Part shown: one piece after another, positions 1 through 10,456 of the stretch
How the letters are laid out: every line of letters starts with the position of its first letter
Numbering within the stretch: position 1 is the stretch's first letter
Source: Candidatus Eiseniibacteriota bacterium
GTDB lineage: Bacteria; Eisenbacteria; RBG-16-71-46
Length of the DNA: 64,000 bases
Assembly (NCBI GenBank): GCA_044223005.1
Contig: JBGAML010000010.1
Coordinates: 1-64,000, forward strand
Direction: 5' to 3'
Notes under the pieces: model-generated
What the model was told of the DNA's origin: nothing
The model's database searches: none
The model's input: only the letters and a program-made list of their open reading frames with translations
Program-made: the position numbers and the translations under genes

Positions 1-2
1 TG

Positions 3-244
3 AAGCGGCGCGAGTGCGAGGGTGAGCCCACCGAGTGGATCTTCTACCACCGACTCAACCGCTCCAAGCCCAAACTCAGCCACTACATGCTCGCCGGATC
101 GACGAGCGCGCCGCGAACTTCTCGTGATGCGGTTCCGGCCTACGTCGCCGGGGCCGGCTGGATGCCCGCGGCGCCGCTGGCGTCGGGGCGCGGCTCGAGG
201 ATCCCGAGCCAGTGTCCCGAGCGCTTCTGCTTGGTGAGCAGGTA
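3..244 (+). pseudogene. 3' fragment of a CYTH (class IV adenylate cyclase-like) protein, apparently truncated; 5' end outside window
   Basis: Frame 3 reads KRRECEGEPTEWIFYHRLNRSKPKLSHYML, resembling the CYTH LKLRE...LIxYxR...SxY segment. It then degenerates and runs into the 3' end of ribA (stop TAG 242-244). Confidence 0.3.
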
Positions 245-835
245 GCTCGCGTTGTGCCGGTTCGCGGGCATGACGATCGGGATGCGCCCGGAGACGCGGA
301 TGCCCTGTTCGCGCAGGCCTTCGACCTTGCGCGGATTGTTCGTCATCAAGCGGACGCTCTTGGGCCCGAGCGCACGGAGCATGTCCGCAGCCACCTGGTA
401 GTCGCGCTCGTCGTCGCCAAAGCCGAGCAGGTGGTTCGCTTCCACCGTGTCGTGCCCGCGATCCTGCAGCGCGTACGCGCGGATCTTGTTCGTGAGCCCG
501 ATCCCGCGGCCTTCCTGGCGCAGGTAGAGCAGGATCCCGAACGGCTCCTTGCCGAGCGCTTCGAGCGAGCTGGTCAACTGGTCGCGACAGTCGCAGCGCA
601 GCGAGCCGATGACGTCGCCGGTCAGGCACTCCGAATGGATGCGGAGCGGCACGTTCGACTGCCCGCGCACGGTGCCGCGCACGAACGCGATGTGCTCGTC
701 CCCCCGCGCGTCGGCGGTGAACGCCACGGCGCGGAAATCCCCGAACCGCGTCGGCAGTTCGGCGACGGAGACCATTTGGACGGCCGACGGGACATTGGCT
801 TCGGCGGGTGCAGCGTGTCGTTGCAGCGCTCTCAT
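140..835 (-). CDS. ribA: GTP cyclohydrolase II
   Basis: LPTRFGDF, RIHSECLTGD, SLRCDCRDQL, YLRQEGRGIGL, LMTNNPRK motifs; GGAGGAG RBS before ATG at 835. Confidence 0.95.
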   Translation of the reverse strand: MRALQRHAAPAEANVPSAVQMVSVAELPTRFGDFRAVAFTADARGDEHIAFVRGTVRGQSNVPLRIHSECLTGDVIGSLRCDCRDQLTSSLEALGKEPFGILLYLRQEGRGIGLTNKIRAYALQDRGHDTVEANHLLGFGDDERDYQVAADMLRALGPKSVRLMTNNPRKVEGLREQGIRVSGRIPIVMPANRHNASYLLTKQKRSGHWLGILEPRPDASGAAGIQPAPAT

Positions 836-1041
836 CGAAACTCCTCCCTCGCGGCAGCCGTGTGGACCTTCTTGGATGCGCGGTTCGCGGAGGGGTGCGG
901 AGAATTCTGCGCAAAAGCTGCGCAAAGCATGGAGAGCCCGGCGAGGCTCGGGAGCTTCGCCGCGGGCGCTGCGAATCGGAGGTGGGATATTCGGAGAACG
1001 GACGAACTGCCGGGCGCGTGACACGGCCGCCCAACGGCGCG

Positions 1042-2121
1042 TCAGGCGCGTTCGACGGTCGCCTGCGTGGCGGCGGGTGATCCGCGCGACGCGAGCAGTG
1101 CCGCCAGCAGCACGAGCGCGGCGCCGACGAACTGCACCGGCCGCAGTTGCTCGTGCAGGAAGATGCCCGCGGTCACGATCGCGACGAGCGGCTCCGCGGT
1201 GGCGATGACGCTGGCTTCGGCCGCGGGCAGCCGGTTGAGCCCGGCATAGAAGAGCGCGAACGGAACGAGGGTCGAGAGGAATCCGAGCAGCACGAAGACG
1301 CCCCAGACCCGCGGCGGATAATGCTCGCCCACGATCCGCCACGGGGGCGTGACGATCGCCCAGAAGACGGCCGCGATGGCGAAGGTGTAGAAGAGCACCG
1401 TTTCGGGCCGGTAGCGGAGCATGCCGCGCTTGGAGTAGACGATGTAGAAGGCGAAGACGAATGCGGAGAGGAAACCGATGCCCCAGTAGAGCGGCTTCGC
1501 GTGCAGCGCATTCGTATCGACGCCGCCGACCAGGAGTGCGGTGCCGGCGAGGGCCGCGAGAACGGCGGCGATCATCGACCACCCGACCCAGCGTCCGCGC
1601 GCGAGATCGAACGCGACGATCAGCGTCGGCGCGAGGTACTGCACCAGGATCGCGAGCCCGACGCCGAGCTTGGAGATGCTGAAGTAGTAGCTGCCCTGGA
1701 CGGCGGCGACGCCGAAGAGCCCGAGCGTGAGGAAGTACGGAACGTCCTTCCGCTCGATGACGAGGGCCTCCGGGCGTCGCGCGCGCAGGAACACGAAGAG
1801 CGCTGCGGCGGCGATCGCGAGTCGCATCTCGACCACGGTGAGCGGCGGGATCTGCCAGTCGCGGAAGACGTGGCGCGCGAGCGTTGCCGTCGAGGCCCAG
1901 AAGACGGTCGCGGCAAACACGAGCCAGCGGCCCGCGGCGGCGGAGCGGGCGCTCGCGGCCGGGCCGGGCTTGCCGGTTGATGACGCGGCGTTCGGCGAGC
2001 TCTGGGCGAGGCGTTCCCTGTCCACCGGGCTCCGACCTGCGCGGCGGGCCACGTCCGGCTCAGCGCCGCTGCTGGTGTGATTGCAAATGACTACACGATT
2101 TCGTTCGACATACCTATGCAC
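1042..2121 (-). CDS. EamA/DMT family transporter (start uncertain)
   Basis: About 10 hydrophobic helices in two EamA repeats (ILVQYLAP, ASVIATAEPLVA). Confidence 0.85.
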   Translation of the reverse strand: MHRYVERNRVVICNHTSSGAEPDVARRAGRSPVDRERLAQSSPNAASSTGKPGPAASARSAAAGRWLVFAATVFWASTATLARHVFRDWQIPPLTVVEMRLAIAAAALFVFLRARRPEALVIERKDVPYFLTLGLFGVAAVQGSYYFSISKLGVGLAILVQYLAPTLIVAFDLARGRWVGWSMIAAVLAALAGTALLVGGVDTNALHAKPLYWGIGFLSAFVFAFYIVYSKRGMLRYRPETVLFYTFAIAAVFWAIVTPPWRIVGEHYPPRVWGVFVLLGFLSTLVPFALFYAGLNRLPAAEASVIATAEPLVAIVTAGIFLHEQLRPVQFVGAALVLLAALLASRGSPAATQATVERA

Positions 2122-2134
2122 GTAAGAGCATACT

Positions 2135-2548
2135 TCAGCGGCCGCGGTCGGAGCCTCGCGCCTCGCTGGTCATCTCGACGGACCCGCCACCGGCCTCGAG
2201 CATCGTGCAGCGGCCGGTGAACGAGACGCCGGGCTCGATCCCGACGGTCATTGCGGCGACGTCGCCTTCGACGCGGGCACCGGACTTCATCTCGATCGTC
2301 CCGAGCGCGCGGACGTTGCCGAACACGCGTCCCATGATGACGGCCTCGCGAACCTCGACGTCGGCACGCATCACACCGTGCTCGCCGACCTCGAGGCGCT
2401 CACAGTTCAGGATGTCGCCTTCGAACTCGCCGTCGATCCGCAGCGTGCCGGTGACCATGAGCGTGCCGCGGAAGCTCGAGCTCACGCCGATCACGGTGTT
2501 CGGGGCGGGCGGCTCTTCCTGCTGGCCGCGCGAGCGGAACTTCATCAT
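2135..2548 (-). CDS. Bactofilin (polymer-forming cytoskeletal protein, CcmA family)
   Basis: NTVIG...FRGTL...LRIDGEFEGDI...VGEHG...IMGRVFGNV...VEGDV...IEPGVSFTGRC beta-helix pattern; GGAGG RBS. Confidence 0.9.
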   Translation of the reverse strand: MMKFRSRGQQEEPPAPNTVIGVSSSFRGTLMVTGTLRIDGEFEGDILNCERLEVGEHGVMRADVEVREAVIMGRVFGNVRALGTIEMKSGARVEGDVAAMTVGIEPGVSFTGRCTMLEAGGGSVEMTSEARGSDRGR

Positions 2549-2580
2549 GACCCCTCCGAGGTTCGTGACGCCGTCCTTGG

Positions 2581-3465
2581 TCAGAGCACGCCCCAGGATT
2601 CGAGCAGCCGCTCGAGGTCTTCCTGGCTGTAGAACTCGAACTCCACCTTGCCGCCCTTGCGCCCAGGCGTGATCACGACATGGGTGCTGAAGCGGGACTC
2701 GAGCTTTGTCGCCCACTCCTCGAGCCCGGCGAGCTTCTGCGCCTTCGGCCGGGTGTGCGCCTTGCGCTGCTTGCGGCGCACGAACGACTCCGTGCGGCGC
2801 ACCGAGAAGCCCTTGTTTGCTACATAGCGCGCGGCGGCGAGCTGGTCGCCGCCGGACTCGAGGCCGAGGATGGCCCGGGCATGGCCGGCGGACAATGTTC
2901 CACGTGAAACCATGTCCATGACCTCGGCCGGCAGGGCGAGCAGCCGGAGCGAGTTCGTGATCGACACCCGCTGCTTTCCGACGCGCTCCGAGACCTGCTC
3001 ATGCGTGAGACCGACCTTCTCGATCAGGCCCTGGTACGCCTTGGCCTCGTCGATGGGGTTCAGGTCCTCGCGCTGGATGTTCTCGATCAGCGCCAGCTCC
3101 ATCATGGCCCGATCGTCGTAGTCGCGGACGATCGCCGGGATCTTTTCGAGTCCGGCCAGCTGCGCGGCACGCATGCGGCGCTCGCCGGCGACGAGCTGGT
3201 AGTCGCCGGGGCCCACTTTGCGCACCAGGACGGGCTGGAGCACGCCGGTCGCCCGGATCGAATCGGACAGTTCCTTCAGCGCGGCGTCATCGAATCGCGT
3301 GCGCGGCTGGAAGGGATTGGGGCCGATGTCCGCGATCCGCAGATCGGCGACGGTGTGATCCGGGGCGACCGCGGTGGCGGTCGCCGTGCGCCCGTCGACC
3401 GCTTCGGCAGCGGTCGACGTCGAAATCAGGGCCTCCAGGCCGCGCCCGAGCACTTTCCTACTCAT
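2581..3465 (-). CDS. parB: Chromosome partitioning protein ParB/Spo0J
   Basis: LGRGLEAL N-terminal peptide, PNPFQPR, LVAGERR, ALIENIQREDLNPIDEA, HTH, LSAGHARA. Confidence 0.97.
   Translation of the reverse strand: MSRKVLGRGLEALISTSTAAEAVDGRTATATAVAPDHTVADLRIADIGPNPFQPRTRFDDAALKELSDSIRATGVLQPVLVRKVGPGDYQLVAGERRMRAAQLAGLEKIPAIVRDYDDRAMMELALIENIQREDLNPIDEAKAYQGLIEKVGLTHEQVSERVGKQRVSITNSLRLLALPAEVMDMVSRGTLSAGHARAILGLESGGDQLAAARYVANKGFSVRRTESFVRRKQRKAHTRPKAQKLAGLEEWATKLESRFSTHVVITPGRKGGKVEFEFYSQEDLERLLESWGVL
2896..2911. other. parS site inside parB
   Basis: TGTTCCACGTGAAACC, near-perfect match to parS consensus TGTTNCACGTGAAACA. Confidence 0.85.
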
Positions 3466-4219
3466 GTTCGATGACCTCCCGTGCGAGCTCGCGGTAGCTC
3501 TCGGCTCCGGAGCTGTGCGGGTCGTAGAGAACGATGGGCTTCCCGAACGACGGCGCTTCGCTGAGGCGCACGTTTCGCGGGATGACCGTCTTGTACACGC
3601 GGTCGGAGAAGAACTTTCTCGCCTCGTCCGCCACCTGCTGCGACAGGTTGAGGCGCGCGTCGAACATCGTGAGCAGCACGCCTTCGATCCGCAATGCTGG
3701 ATTGAGGTGGTCCTGCACGAGCCGGATCGCGCCGATCAGCTGGGTGAGGCCTTCCAGCGCGAGGTACTCGCACTGGAGCGGGATCAGCACCGAGTCTGAA
3801 GCGGTGAGCGAGTTGATCGTCAGCAGACCCAGCGACGGCGGGCTGTCGACCAAGACGTAGTCGTAGTCGCCCGCGATCTTGCCGAGGCAGGTCTTGAGGC
3901 GGGTCTCGCGCGCCATCATCCCGACCAACTCGACCTCGGCGCCCGAGAGCCGCTGCCCGGCGGGCAACAGGTCGAGCGTCGCGAGCGCGGTGGGCATGAT
4001 GGCCTGCTGGACCTCGCACTGGCCGATCAGCACTTCGTACGTCGTATTGCGCTGGTCATTGCCGTTCACGCCGAGTCCGCTGGTCGCATTACCCTGCGGA
4101 TCGATGTCGACGATGAGGACGCGCTTGCTCTCCTGGGCGAGGCACGCACCGAGGTTGATCGCGGTGGTCGTCTTGCCCACGCCGCCTTTCTGGCTGGCGA
4201 TCGAGATGATTCGTCCCAT
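3458..4219 (-). CDS. parA: Chromosome partitioning ATPase ParA/Soj
   Basis: QKGGVGKTTT deviant Walker A, DIDPQGNAT, DSPPSLG, IPRNVRLSEAPSFG. Confidence 0.97.
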   Translation of the reverse strand: MGRIISIASQKGGVGKTTTAINLGACLAQESKRVLIVDIDPQGNATSGLGVNGNDQRNTTYEVLIGQCEVQQAIMPTALATLDLLPAGQRLSGAEVELVGMMARETRLKTCLGKIAGDYDYVLVDSPPSLGLLTINSLTASDSVLIPLQCEYLALEGLTQLIGAIRLVQDHLNPALRIEGVLLTMFDARLNLSQQVADEARKFFSDRVYKTVIPRNVRLSEAPSFGKPIVLYDPHSSGAESYRELAREVIEHE

Positions 4220-4387
4220 TCCTTAGGCTCGCTACGGCGCCGGGCGCCGAGATATGGGCTTGGATTGCGGCACGCGCGGCAGTCGCGCGAGGCACCGGGG
4301 GCGGCTGAAAGCCGCGATCGCGACCGTGGAGATGGCCGCGGGGGCGCTGGCAGGATAGCAGCGCCGAGCGAGTGCGCTCAAGCGCTA

Positions 4388-4403
4388 TGTTTCACGTGGA
4401 ACC
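4388..4403. other. parS site upstream of parA
   Basis: TGTTTCACGTGGAACC between rsmG and parA. Confidence 0.85.
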
Positions 4404-4427
4404 GTCAGCGCGAATTCGCGAAAACTG

Positions 4428-5201
4428 TTATTTGCGAACGAATACCGCGAGGCAGTTTGGGCCTTCTAGAATCGTGGTCGCGTCCTCGAACGTCCAGTCG
4501 TGGCTCCAGTCCGATTCCGAGGCCAGGCGCTCGTCCTCGAACCCGCTGCCCTTCCACAGGAACGCGCGCCCACCATGCACGACGACGTGGGTGGCCAACT
4601 CGAGCGTGGGCCCGACAGCCATCGTCGCCCGCGACGTGAAGCCATCGAAGTCGGCGAGGAACTCGGGCTCGTCGATCAGCGTTTCGAGCCGGGAACAGGC
4701 GACTTCAATATGCTCCATTTTCATGTCGCTCAACGCCTTGCGCATGAACAACGTCTTGTTCCGCCGCGACTCGACGAGCGTCCACTTCTCGCCGATGCCG
4801 GCGATCGCCAGCGGAATCGCGGGCAGCCCGGCGCCCGATCCGAGGTCGAGCAGCTTGCGGCAGCCGGCCTCGCGCATGCGCGCCACGGGCGCGAGCGATT
4901 CGGCGATGTGCCGCTCGACGAGACGCATCTCGTCGTTGCGCGAGACGAGGTTCGAGACGCCGCGGTTCCACTCGAGCAACTGCCGCGTGTACTCGCGCAA
5001 CTGCGCGATCGTCGCTTCGACGTCGCCCACGCCCGCCAACAGCGGCCGCAACGCGGCCCACGGCTGGCGCGCGAGCACGCGATCCGGATCGGAAGGCGCG
5101 GGGTCGCGGCGCTGCGTCGCGGGCTTGCGCGGAGCGCTCGGGCGCGAACGTCGATCGGGGCGATTGCGCGAACCGTCGCGCGACGAACGGAATGGAGTCA
5201 T
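4428..5201 (-). CDS. rsmG: 16S rRNA m7G527 methyltransferase RsmG (GidB)
   Basis: WNRGVSNLVS, RHIAESL, LDLGSGAGLPAIPLA, TSRA; synteny with mnmG/parA. Confidence 0.93.
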   Translation of the reverse strand: MTPFRSSRDGSRNRPDRRSRPSAPRKPATQRRDPAPSDPDRVLARQPWAALRPLLAGVGDVEATIAQLREYTRQLLEWNRGVSNLVSRNDEMRLVERHIAESLAPVARMREAGCRKLLDLGSGAGLPAIPLAIAGIGEKWTLVESRRNKTLFMRKALSDMKMEHIEVACSRLETLIDEPEFLADFDGFTSRATMAVGPTLELATHVVVHGGRAFLWKGSGFEDERLASESDWSHDWTFEDATTILEGPNCLAVFVRK

Positions 5202-5298
5202 GGGCCACCCACTCTAGCACGCCCTCGCGCGGCGGGCGCGCCCGCGCACGCGGCGGTGCGGCGCGCGACGCCGGAGCGTCACGAGGCCGCGCGGTGCT

Positions 5299-7155
5299 TC
5301 AGCTCGCGGCTGGCGTCCCCGCGGCGCGGCGCTTCGCGTGCACGAGCAGCACCGCGATGTCCGCGGGCGAGACGCCCGCGATGCGCGCGGCCTGCGCGAC
5401 GTTGGCCGGCCGCCAGCGGCGCAGCTTCTCGCGCGCCTCCACCGAGAGCCCGCGCAGTTCCTCGCCCCAGAGCGCGTCGTCCAGCGCGAGCCGCTCCATC
5501 GCCGCCGCGGACGCCGCGGCGCGCTGCTGACGCTCGATGTAGCCGCGGTACTTGATCCGCACCTCGAGGCCCTCGCGCAACGGCTCGGACAGCGCCGTCG
5601 TCACGCCCAGCCCCGCGAGCGCGGCGAACGAGCCCTCCGGCCGCGCCAGGTAGTCGCTCGCGCGCACCGCGCGCGGCGCGGCGCCCGGCACGCCCGCCGG
5701 CACCGTCACCGTCACGCGCTCCAGCCGCCGCTCCTCCGCCGCCATCGCGGCGTAGCGCTCGTGCACGCGCGCACGCTGCGCGTCCGCCACCAGGCCGAGC
5801 GCGTGTCCCGTCGCGACCAGCCGTTCGTCGGCGTTGTCCGCTCGCAGCAGCAGCCGGTGCTCCGCGGCCGAGGTGAACATGCGGTACGGCTCGCGGTGCT
5901 CGCGCGTCACGAGGTCGTCGACCAGCACACCGACGTACGCTTCGTCGCGCCGCGGCACCCACGCCTCGCGGCCACGCAGCGCGAGCGCCGCGTTGACGCC
6001 GGCGACGAAGCCCTGCGCCGCGGCCTCCTCGTAGCCCGACGTGCCGCAGATCTGGCCCGCCAGATAGAGCCCGCCGATCGCCTTCGTCTCGAGCGTCGGG
6101 CGCAGCTGGTGCGGCAACAAGAAGTCGTACTCGACCGCGTAGCCGGGCCGGATCATCTCGGCACGCTCGAGTCCGCGGATCGTGTGCACGAACTCGAGCT
6201 GCACCTCCTCGGGCATGCTCGTCGAGACGCCGTTCACGTAGATCTCCTCCACATCCCGGCCCTCGGGCTCGAGGAAGAGGTGATGGCTCGTGCGTTCGGC
6301 GAAGCGGACGACCTTGTCCTCGAGCGAGGGGCAGTAGCGCGGCCCCGTGCCCTGGATCCGCCCCGCGTACATCGGCGAGCGGTCCAGGTTGGCGCGGATC
6401 ACGTCGTGCGTGCGCTCGTTGGTGTGCGTGCTCCAGCAGAGCACCTGGTCCAGTTCGAGCGACTCGGTCCAGTGCGAGAACGGCACCGGCGGCTCGTCGC
6501 CGGGCGCCGGCTCGACGGCGTCCCAATCGATCGAATCGCGCTTCAGGCGCGGCGGCGTGCCGGTCTTGAGCCGCCCGCGCTCCAGCCCCAGTTCGCCGAG
6601 ACACTCGCTGAGCGCGCGCGCCGCGTGTTCGCCGATACGGCCGCCCGGCAGCTGGCGCTCGCCGATGTGGATCAGCCCGTTCAGGAACGTGCCCGGCGTG
6701 ATCACCACCGCCGCGCACTCCAGCACGCGGCCGTCCGCCAGCTCCACGCCCGTCACGCGGCCCGCCGCGCGCCGCACGTGGTTCGCCACGCCCTCGACGA
6801 TCGCGAGCCCCGGCACGCCGTCCAGCTCGCGCAGCATCTCGGCCGAGTAGAGCGCCTTGTCGCACTGAGCGCGCGGCGACCACACGGCCGGACCGCGGCC
6901 GCGGTTCAGGATCTTGAACTGGATCCCGGCGCGGTCCGTGACCTTCGCCATGAGTCCGCCGAGCGCGTCGAGTTCGCGCACCATGTGGCCCTTGGCGACG
7001 CCGCCGATCGCGGGATTGCACGACATGCGCGCCACGTGCTCGCGCTGCACGGTGAGCAGCGCGGTCGCGAGCCCCATGCGCGCGCAGGCGTGCGCCGCCT
7101 CGCAGCCCGCGTGGCCACCGCCGATCACCACCACCTCGAAGCGCGCGCCCGGCAT
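5299..7155 (-). CDS. mnmG: tRNA uridine-5-carboxymethylaminomethyl modification enzyme MnmG (GidA)
   Basis: [64 protein letters not shown] overlaps mnmE stop (TGATG). Confidence 0.97.
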   Translation of the reverse strand: MPGARFEVVVIGGGHAGCEAAHACARMGLATALLTVQREHVARMSCNPAIGGVAKGHMVRELDALGGLMAKVTDRAGIQFKILNRGRGPAVWSPRAQCDKALYSAEMLRELDGVPGLAIVEGVANHVRRAAGRVTGVELADGRVLECAAVVITPGTFLNGLIHIGERQLPGGRIGEHAARALSECLGELGLERGRLKTGTPPRLKRDSIDWDAVEPAPGDEPPVPFSHWTESLELDQVLCWSTHTNERTHDVIRANLDRSPMYAGRIQGTGPRYCPSLEDKVVRFAERTSHHLFLEPEGRDVEEIYVNGVSTSMPEEVQLEFVHTIRGLERAEMIRPGYAVEYDFLLPHQLRPTLETKAIGGLYLAGQICGTSGYEEAAAQGFVAGVNAALALRGREAWVPRRDEAYVGVLVDDLVTREHREPYRMFTSAAEHRLLLRADNADERLVATGHALGLVADAQRARVHERYAAMAAEERRLERVTVTVPAGVPGAAPRAVRASDYLARPEGSFAALAGLGVTTALSEPLREGLEVRIKYRGYIERQQRAAASAAAMERLALDDALWGEELRGLSVEAREKLRRWRPANVAQAARIAGVSPADIAVLLVHAKRRAAGTPAAS

Positions 7156-8498
7156 CACTTGCCCACGCAGAAGCGCGCGAAGATCCGGTCGAGGATCTCC
7201 TCGCTCACGTGCACCCCGAGCAGCTCCTCGAGCGCGGCGATCGCCGCGCGGAGGTCCGCCGCGACGATCTCGCCCGGCGCGCCCGCGTCGCCCTGCTCGG
7301 CGGCCCGGGAGAGCGCCTCGCAGGCGCGGCCCAGCGTCTCGGCCTGACGCTCGCTCGCGAGCACGTCGCCCGGCTCGAAACCGGCCGCGGCGACGAGCGC
7401 CGAGACGACCGCATCCAACCCCTCGCCGGTCCGCGCACTCGCGCGCACCACGGCGTGCCCGGCCGACGCGAACGCCGCCGCCGCGGGTGCCGCCGGCAGG
7501 TCGCACTTGTGCAGCACCAGCACCGCGCGCCGGTCCGCGAGCGACGCGGGCGGCGGCACCGGCGCCGCCGAATCGCTCACCCAGAGCACCACGTGGCTCG
7601 TGTCCATCGCGTCCCGCGCGCGCGCCACGCCCAGCGCTTCGACCTCGTCGTCCGAATCGCGCAACCCGGCCGTATCCGAGAGCGTGAACGGCGCGCCCTC
7701 CCATTCGACCGTCGCGCTCACGCGGTCGCGGGTCGTGCCCGGGATCGCCGTCACGATCGCGCGCTCCTCGCCGACAAGCCGGTTGAAGAGCGACGACTTG
7801 CCCGCGTTGGGCGGCCCCGCGATCGCCACCTGCACGCCCTCGCGCAGCGCGCGGCCCCACGCCGCGCCGCGGCGCCACGCCGCGAGCGCCGACTCGAGCG
7901 CGCGAATGCGAGCACGCACCGTCGCCGGCACCTCGACGCCGCCCACGTCCTCGGCGAAATCGACCCGCGCCTCGACCTCGGCGGCCAGGTCCACGATCGC
8001 GTCCAGGCGCGCGCGCAGCGTCCGGCTCGTCTCGCCGGCCAGGCGCGAGAGCGCCGCGCGGTGCATCGCGTCGCTGCGGGCGTGGATCAGCTCGGCGACC
8101 GCCTCGGCTTGGACGAGATCGAGCCGGCCGTTCAGGAACGCGCGCAGCGTGAACTCGCCCGGGCGCGCCGAGCGCGCGCCCGCGGCGAGCAGCCGCTCGA
8201 GCACGCGCGCCGCCGGCAGCCGGCCGCCGTGGCAGGAGAACTCGACCACGTCCTCGCGCGTGTACGACGCCGGCGCGCGAAACACCGCCGCCACCACCTC
8301 GTCCACCCGCGTCGCGTCGTCGCCGAACCAGCCGTGGTGGAGCGTGTGCCCCGCCACGCCGGCGAGCGGCGCGCGCCCGCGGAACACCGCGTCCGCGACC
8401 GCGAGCGCGGCCGGGCCGCTCACGCGCACGACCGCCAGGCCCGCCTCCCCGGCCGGCGTGGCGATGGCGGCGATGGTGTCGTCGAGGGCGAAGGACAA
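7155..8498 (-). CDS. mnmE: tRNA modification GTPase MnmE (TrmE)
   Basis: [47 protein letters not shown]-terminal FCVGK. Confidence 0.97.
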   Translation of the reverse strand: MSFALDDTIAAIATPAGEAGLAVVRVSGPAALAVADAVFRGRAPLAGVAGHTLHHGWFGDDATRVDEVVAAVFRAPASYTREDVVEFSCHGGRLPAARVLERLLAAGARSARPGEFTLRAFLNGRLDLVQAEAVAELIHARSDAMHRAALSRLAGETSRTLRARLDAIVDLAAEVEARVDFAEDVGGVEVPATVRARIRALESALAAWRRGAAWGRALREGVQVAIAGPPNAGKSSLFNRLVGEERAIVTAIPGTTRDRVSATVEWEGAPFTLSDTAGLRDSDDEVEALGVARARDAMDTSHVVLWVSDSAAPVPPPASLADRRAVLVLHKCDLPAAPAAAAFASAGHAVVRASARTGEGLDAVVSALVAAAGFEPGDVLASERQAETLGRACEALSRAAEQGDAGAPGEIVAADLRAAIAALEELLGVHVSEEILDRIFARFCVGK

Positions 8499-8521
8499 GA
8501 GAGGAGCACTCCGGTTCGGGA

Positions 8522-8561
8522 CGAAACGAAACGGCGCCGGGCCCGTGGAGGCCCGGCGCCG
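8522..8561 (-). terminator. Intrinsic terminator-like hairpin between jag and mnmE
   Basis: 12-bp stem 8532-8543/8550-8561 followed on the minus strand by TTTCGTTTCG. Confidence 0.6.
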
Positions 8562-8584
8562 GGAAAGCGCGATCCGCGAGGGCC

Positions 8585-10207
8585 TCAGCCCACCTCTTCC
8601 TCGCCCGTGCGTTCGGGGAAGTCGGCGGGCGCGACGGCCACGCGTTTGATCATGCCGGTGCCGAGCGCGTACGTCTTCACGCGCGGATCTTCCTTGAGCG
8701 TCACGTGCACGATCCGGCGCTCCTGCGAGTTCAGGTACTCGGTCACGACCTCCACGTTGCCCGCGAGCGCCTCCTCGGCGAGCGAGCGGGCGAGCGCCGC
8801 GAGTTCGTTCTCGCGCCGCTGCCAGAAGTCGTTGATCTCGAGCTGCAGGTGGTAACGCGAGCCCTCGCCACGGTTCACGTAGCGATTGAGCAGGTGCTGC
8901 ATCGCCTGCCGGACTTCGCCCTTCTGGCCCGTCAGCAGGTCGTCGTCGTGCGCGACCTCGACCGTGACGTCGACACGATTGCCCTCGGCGGCCGCGTTCA
9001 CCGTGGCCTCGAAGCCCATCGCCTTGAGCAGGTCCTCGGTCACGCGCTGGCTCATCGCGGCCAGCTCGGCCGGCGGCATGTCGGGTCCATCGTGGTGGCT
9101 CGGCTCGCGATCGCGGTCGCGATCCCGGTCGCGGTCACGATCCCGGCCGCGGCCCCGATCACGATCGCGGTCACGGCGCGGCCCGCGGTCCTCGCCGCGG
9201 AACGGCGCGGGCGCAGCGGCCGGCGCCGGCTCGTCGCCGCGCGCCATCGCGCTCACCAGCTCGGGCTCGGGACTCGGCGTGACCGCCATCGGCGGGACCG
9301 GCGGCACGATCTCGGCGATCGCATCGACCGGCGCAGCGCTCGGCGCGTCCTCGAAGTCACCCTCGGCGTCCTCGTGGTCGGCGATCCCGACACCACCCGC
9401 GAGCTCGAGCGCTCCCGGCGCGGCACCCGTGCGGCGGCGGCCACGGCCACCGCGGCGACCCCGGCGGCGGCGGCGACGCGCGCTGTCGGCATCAGTCTCA
9501 CCGGCCTGCGACTCCCCGGCGGCCGGCACGGCACCCGCCGGCATCGCCTCGTCGAACTCGTCTTCCTCGGCCCGCGCGTTCACGGCCTCGACCGGCGCCG
9601 GACGCTGCGGACGATCCTCGCGCCGCTCCGGACGACGCTCCTGCCGCTCCGGACGCTCCGCGCGTTCCGGACGCTCCGCGCGCACCGGGCGATCCTGGCG
9701 CTCGCCGCGCTCCGGGCGATCCTGCCGCTCCGGACGGCGCTCGTCGCGACGTCCTTCCCGACGGCCCTCGTCCTTGCGGCCCTCGTCGCGGCGCCGCTCG
9801 TCGCGGCCACCCTCGGCGCGGCCACCGCCCTGCGCCTGCACCGGCTGCGGACGCTTCTCGTCGCGACGTCCATCGCGCTCGCCACGCCCCTCGCGATCCC
9901 CTCGGCCTTCGCGCTCGCCGCGTCCGCCGCGATCGCGATCCCGGCCGCCGCGCTCGTTGCGGCTGCGGCGCTCGTCGCGCCGGCCGCCGACCCGCTTCTC
10001 GCGCGTCTCTTCCGGCTCGCGCACCGGCCCGCCGGGCCGGCGCATGATGCTGACGCGGAACGGCCGGGCGCCGATGCCCAGGAACCCGCCCTTGCCCTCT
10101 TCGATCAGCGTGATGGTGGCTTCCGCCCGCGCCAGGCGCAGGTCCTCGAGCCCCTTGCGAACTGCTTCCTCGAACGACTTGCCTTCGTAAACCGAACCCT
10201 TGGCCAT
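8585..10207 (-). CDS. jag: Jag/EloR (KhpB) RNA-binding protein with a very long charged low-complexity linker
   Basis: N-terminal Jag_N (GKSFEEAV...[14 protein letters not shown]), C-terminal KH-like region and R3H (ERRIVH); follows yidC. Confidence 0.9.
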   Translation of the reverse strand: MAKGSVYEGKSFEEAVRKGLEDLRLARAEATITLIEEGKGGFLGIGARPFRVSIMRRPGGPVREPEETREKRVGGRRDERRSRNERGGRDRDRGGRGEREGRGDREGRGERDGRRDEKRPQPVQAQGGGRAEGGRDERRRDEGRKDEGRREGRRDERRPERQDRPERGERQDRPVRAERPERAERPERQERRPERREDRPQRPAPVEAVNARAEEDEFDEAMPAGAVPAAGESQAGETDADSARRRRRRGRRGGRGRRRTGAAPGALELAGGVGIADHEDAEGDFEDAPSAAPVDAIAEIVPPVPPMAVTPSPEPELVSAMARGDEPAPAAAPAPFRGEDRGPRRDRDRDRGRGRDRDRDRDRDRDREPSHHDGPDMPPAELAAMSQRVTEDLLKAMGFEATVNAAAEGNRVDVTVEVAHDDDLLTGQKGEVRQAMQHLLNRYVNRGEGSRYHLQLEINDFWQRRENELAALARSLAEEALAGNVEVVTEYLNSQERRIVHVTLKEDPRVKTYALGTGMIKRVAVAPADFPERTGEEEVG

Positions 10208-10456
10208 GATGTCCCCGATTCCCGGACGCCTTCCCCGGATGGAGGCGCGGCCCCTGGGGGCTTCCCCGGGCGCGCCGGTCGGGCGTTCCGTGACGGACTG
10301 CAGTGATGGCTCCTCGGCGCGGCGGATTCGCGCGGCGCTCGGAAAGAGCCGCCTGCGCGCGTCGCGTGCGCTGCCGGAGGAACCGCGAATGAACGACGGG
10401 TCAGCTTACTTCGGCGCGCGCCCCGCCTGCCACGCCGAAGGCTCCAGGCCGTGCGC

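Noticed and set aside
9590..9760. Short tandem repeats as a CRISPR array or VNTR element
   Set aside because: In-frame coding repeats (RPERxE) of jag; no spacers and no cas genes
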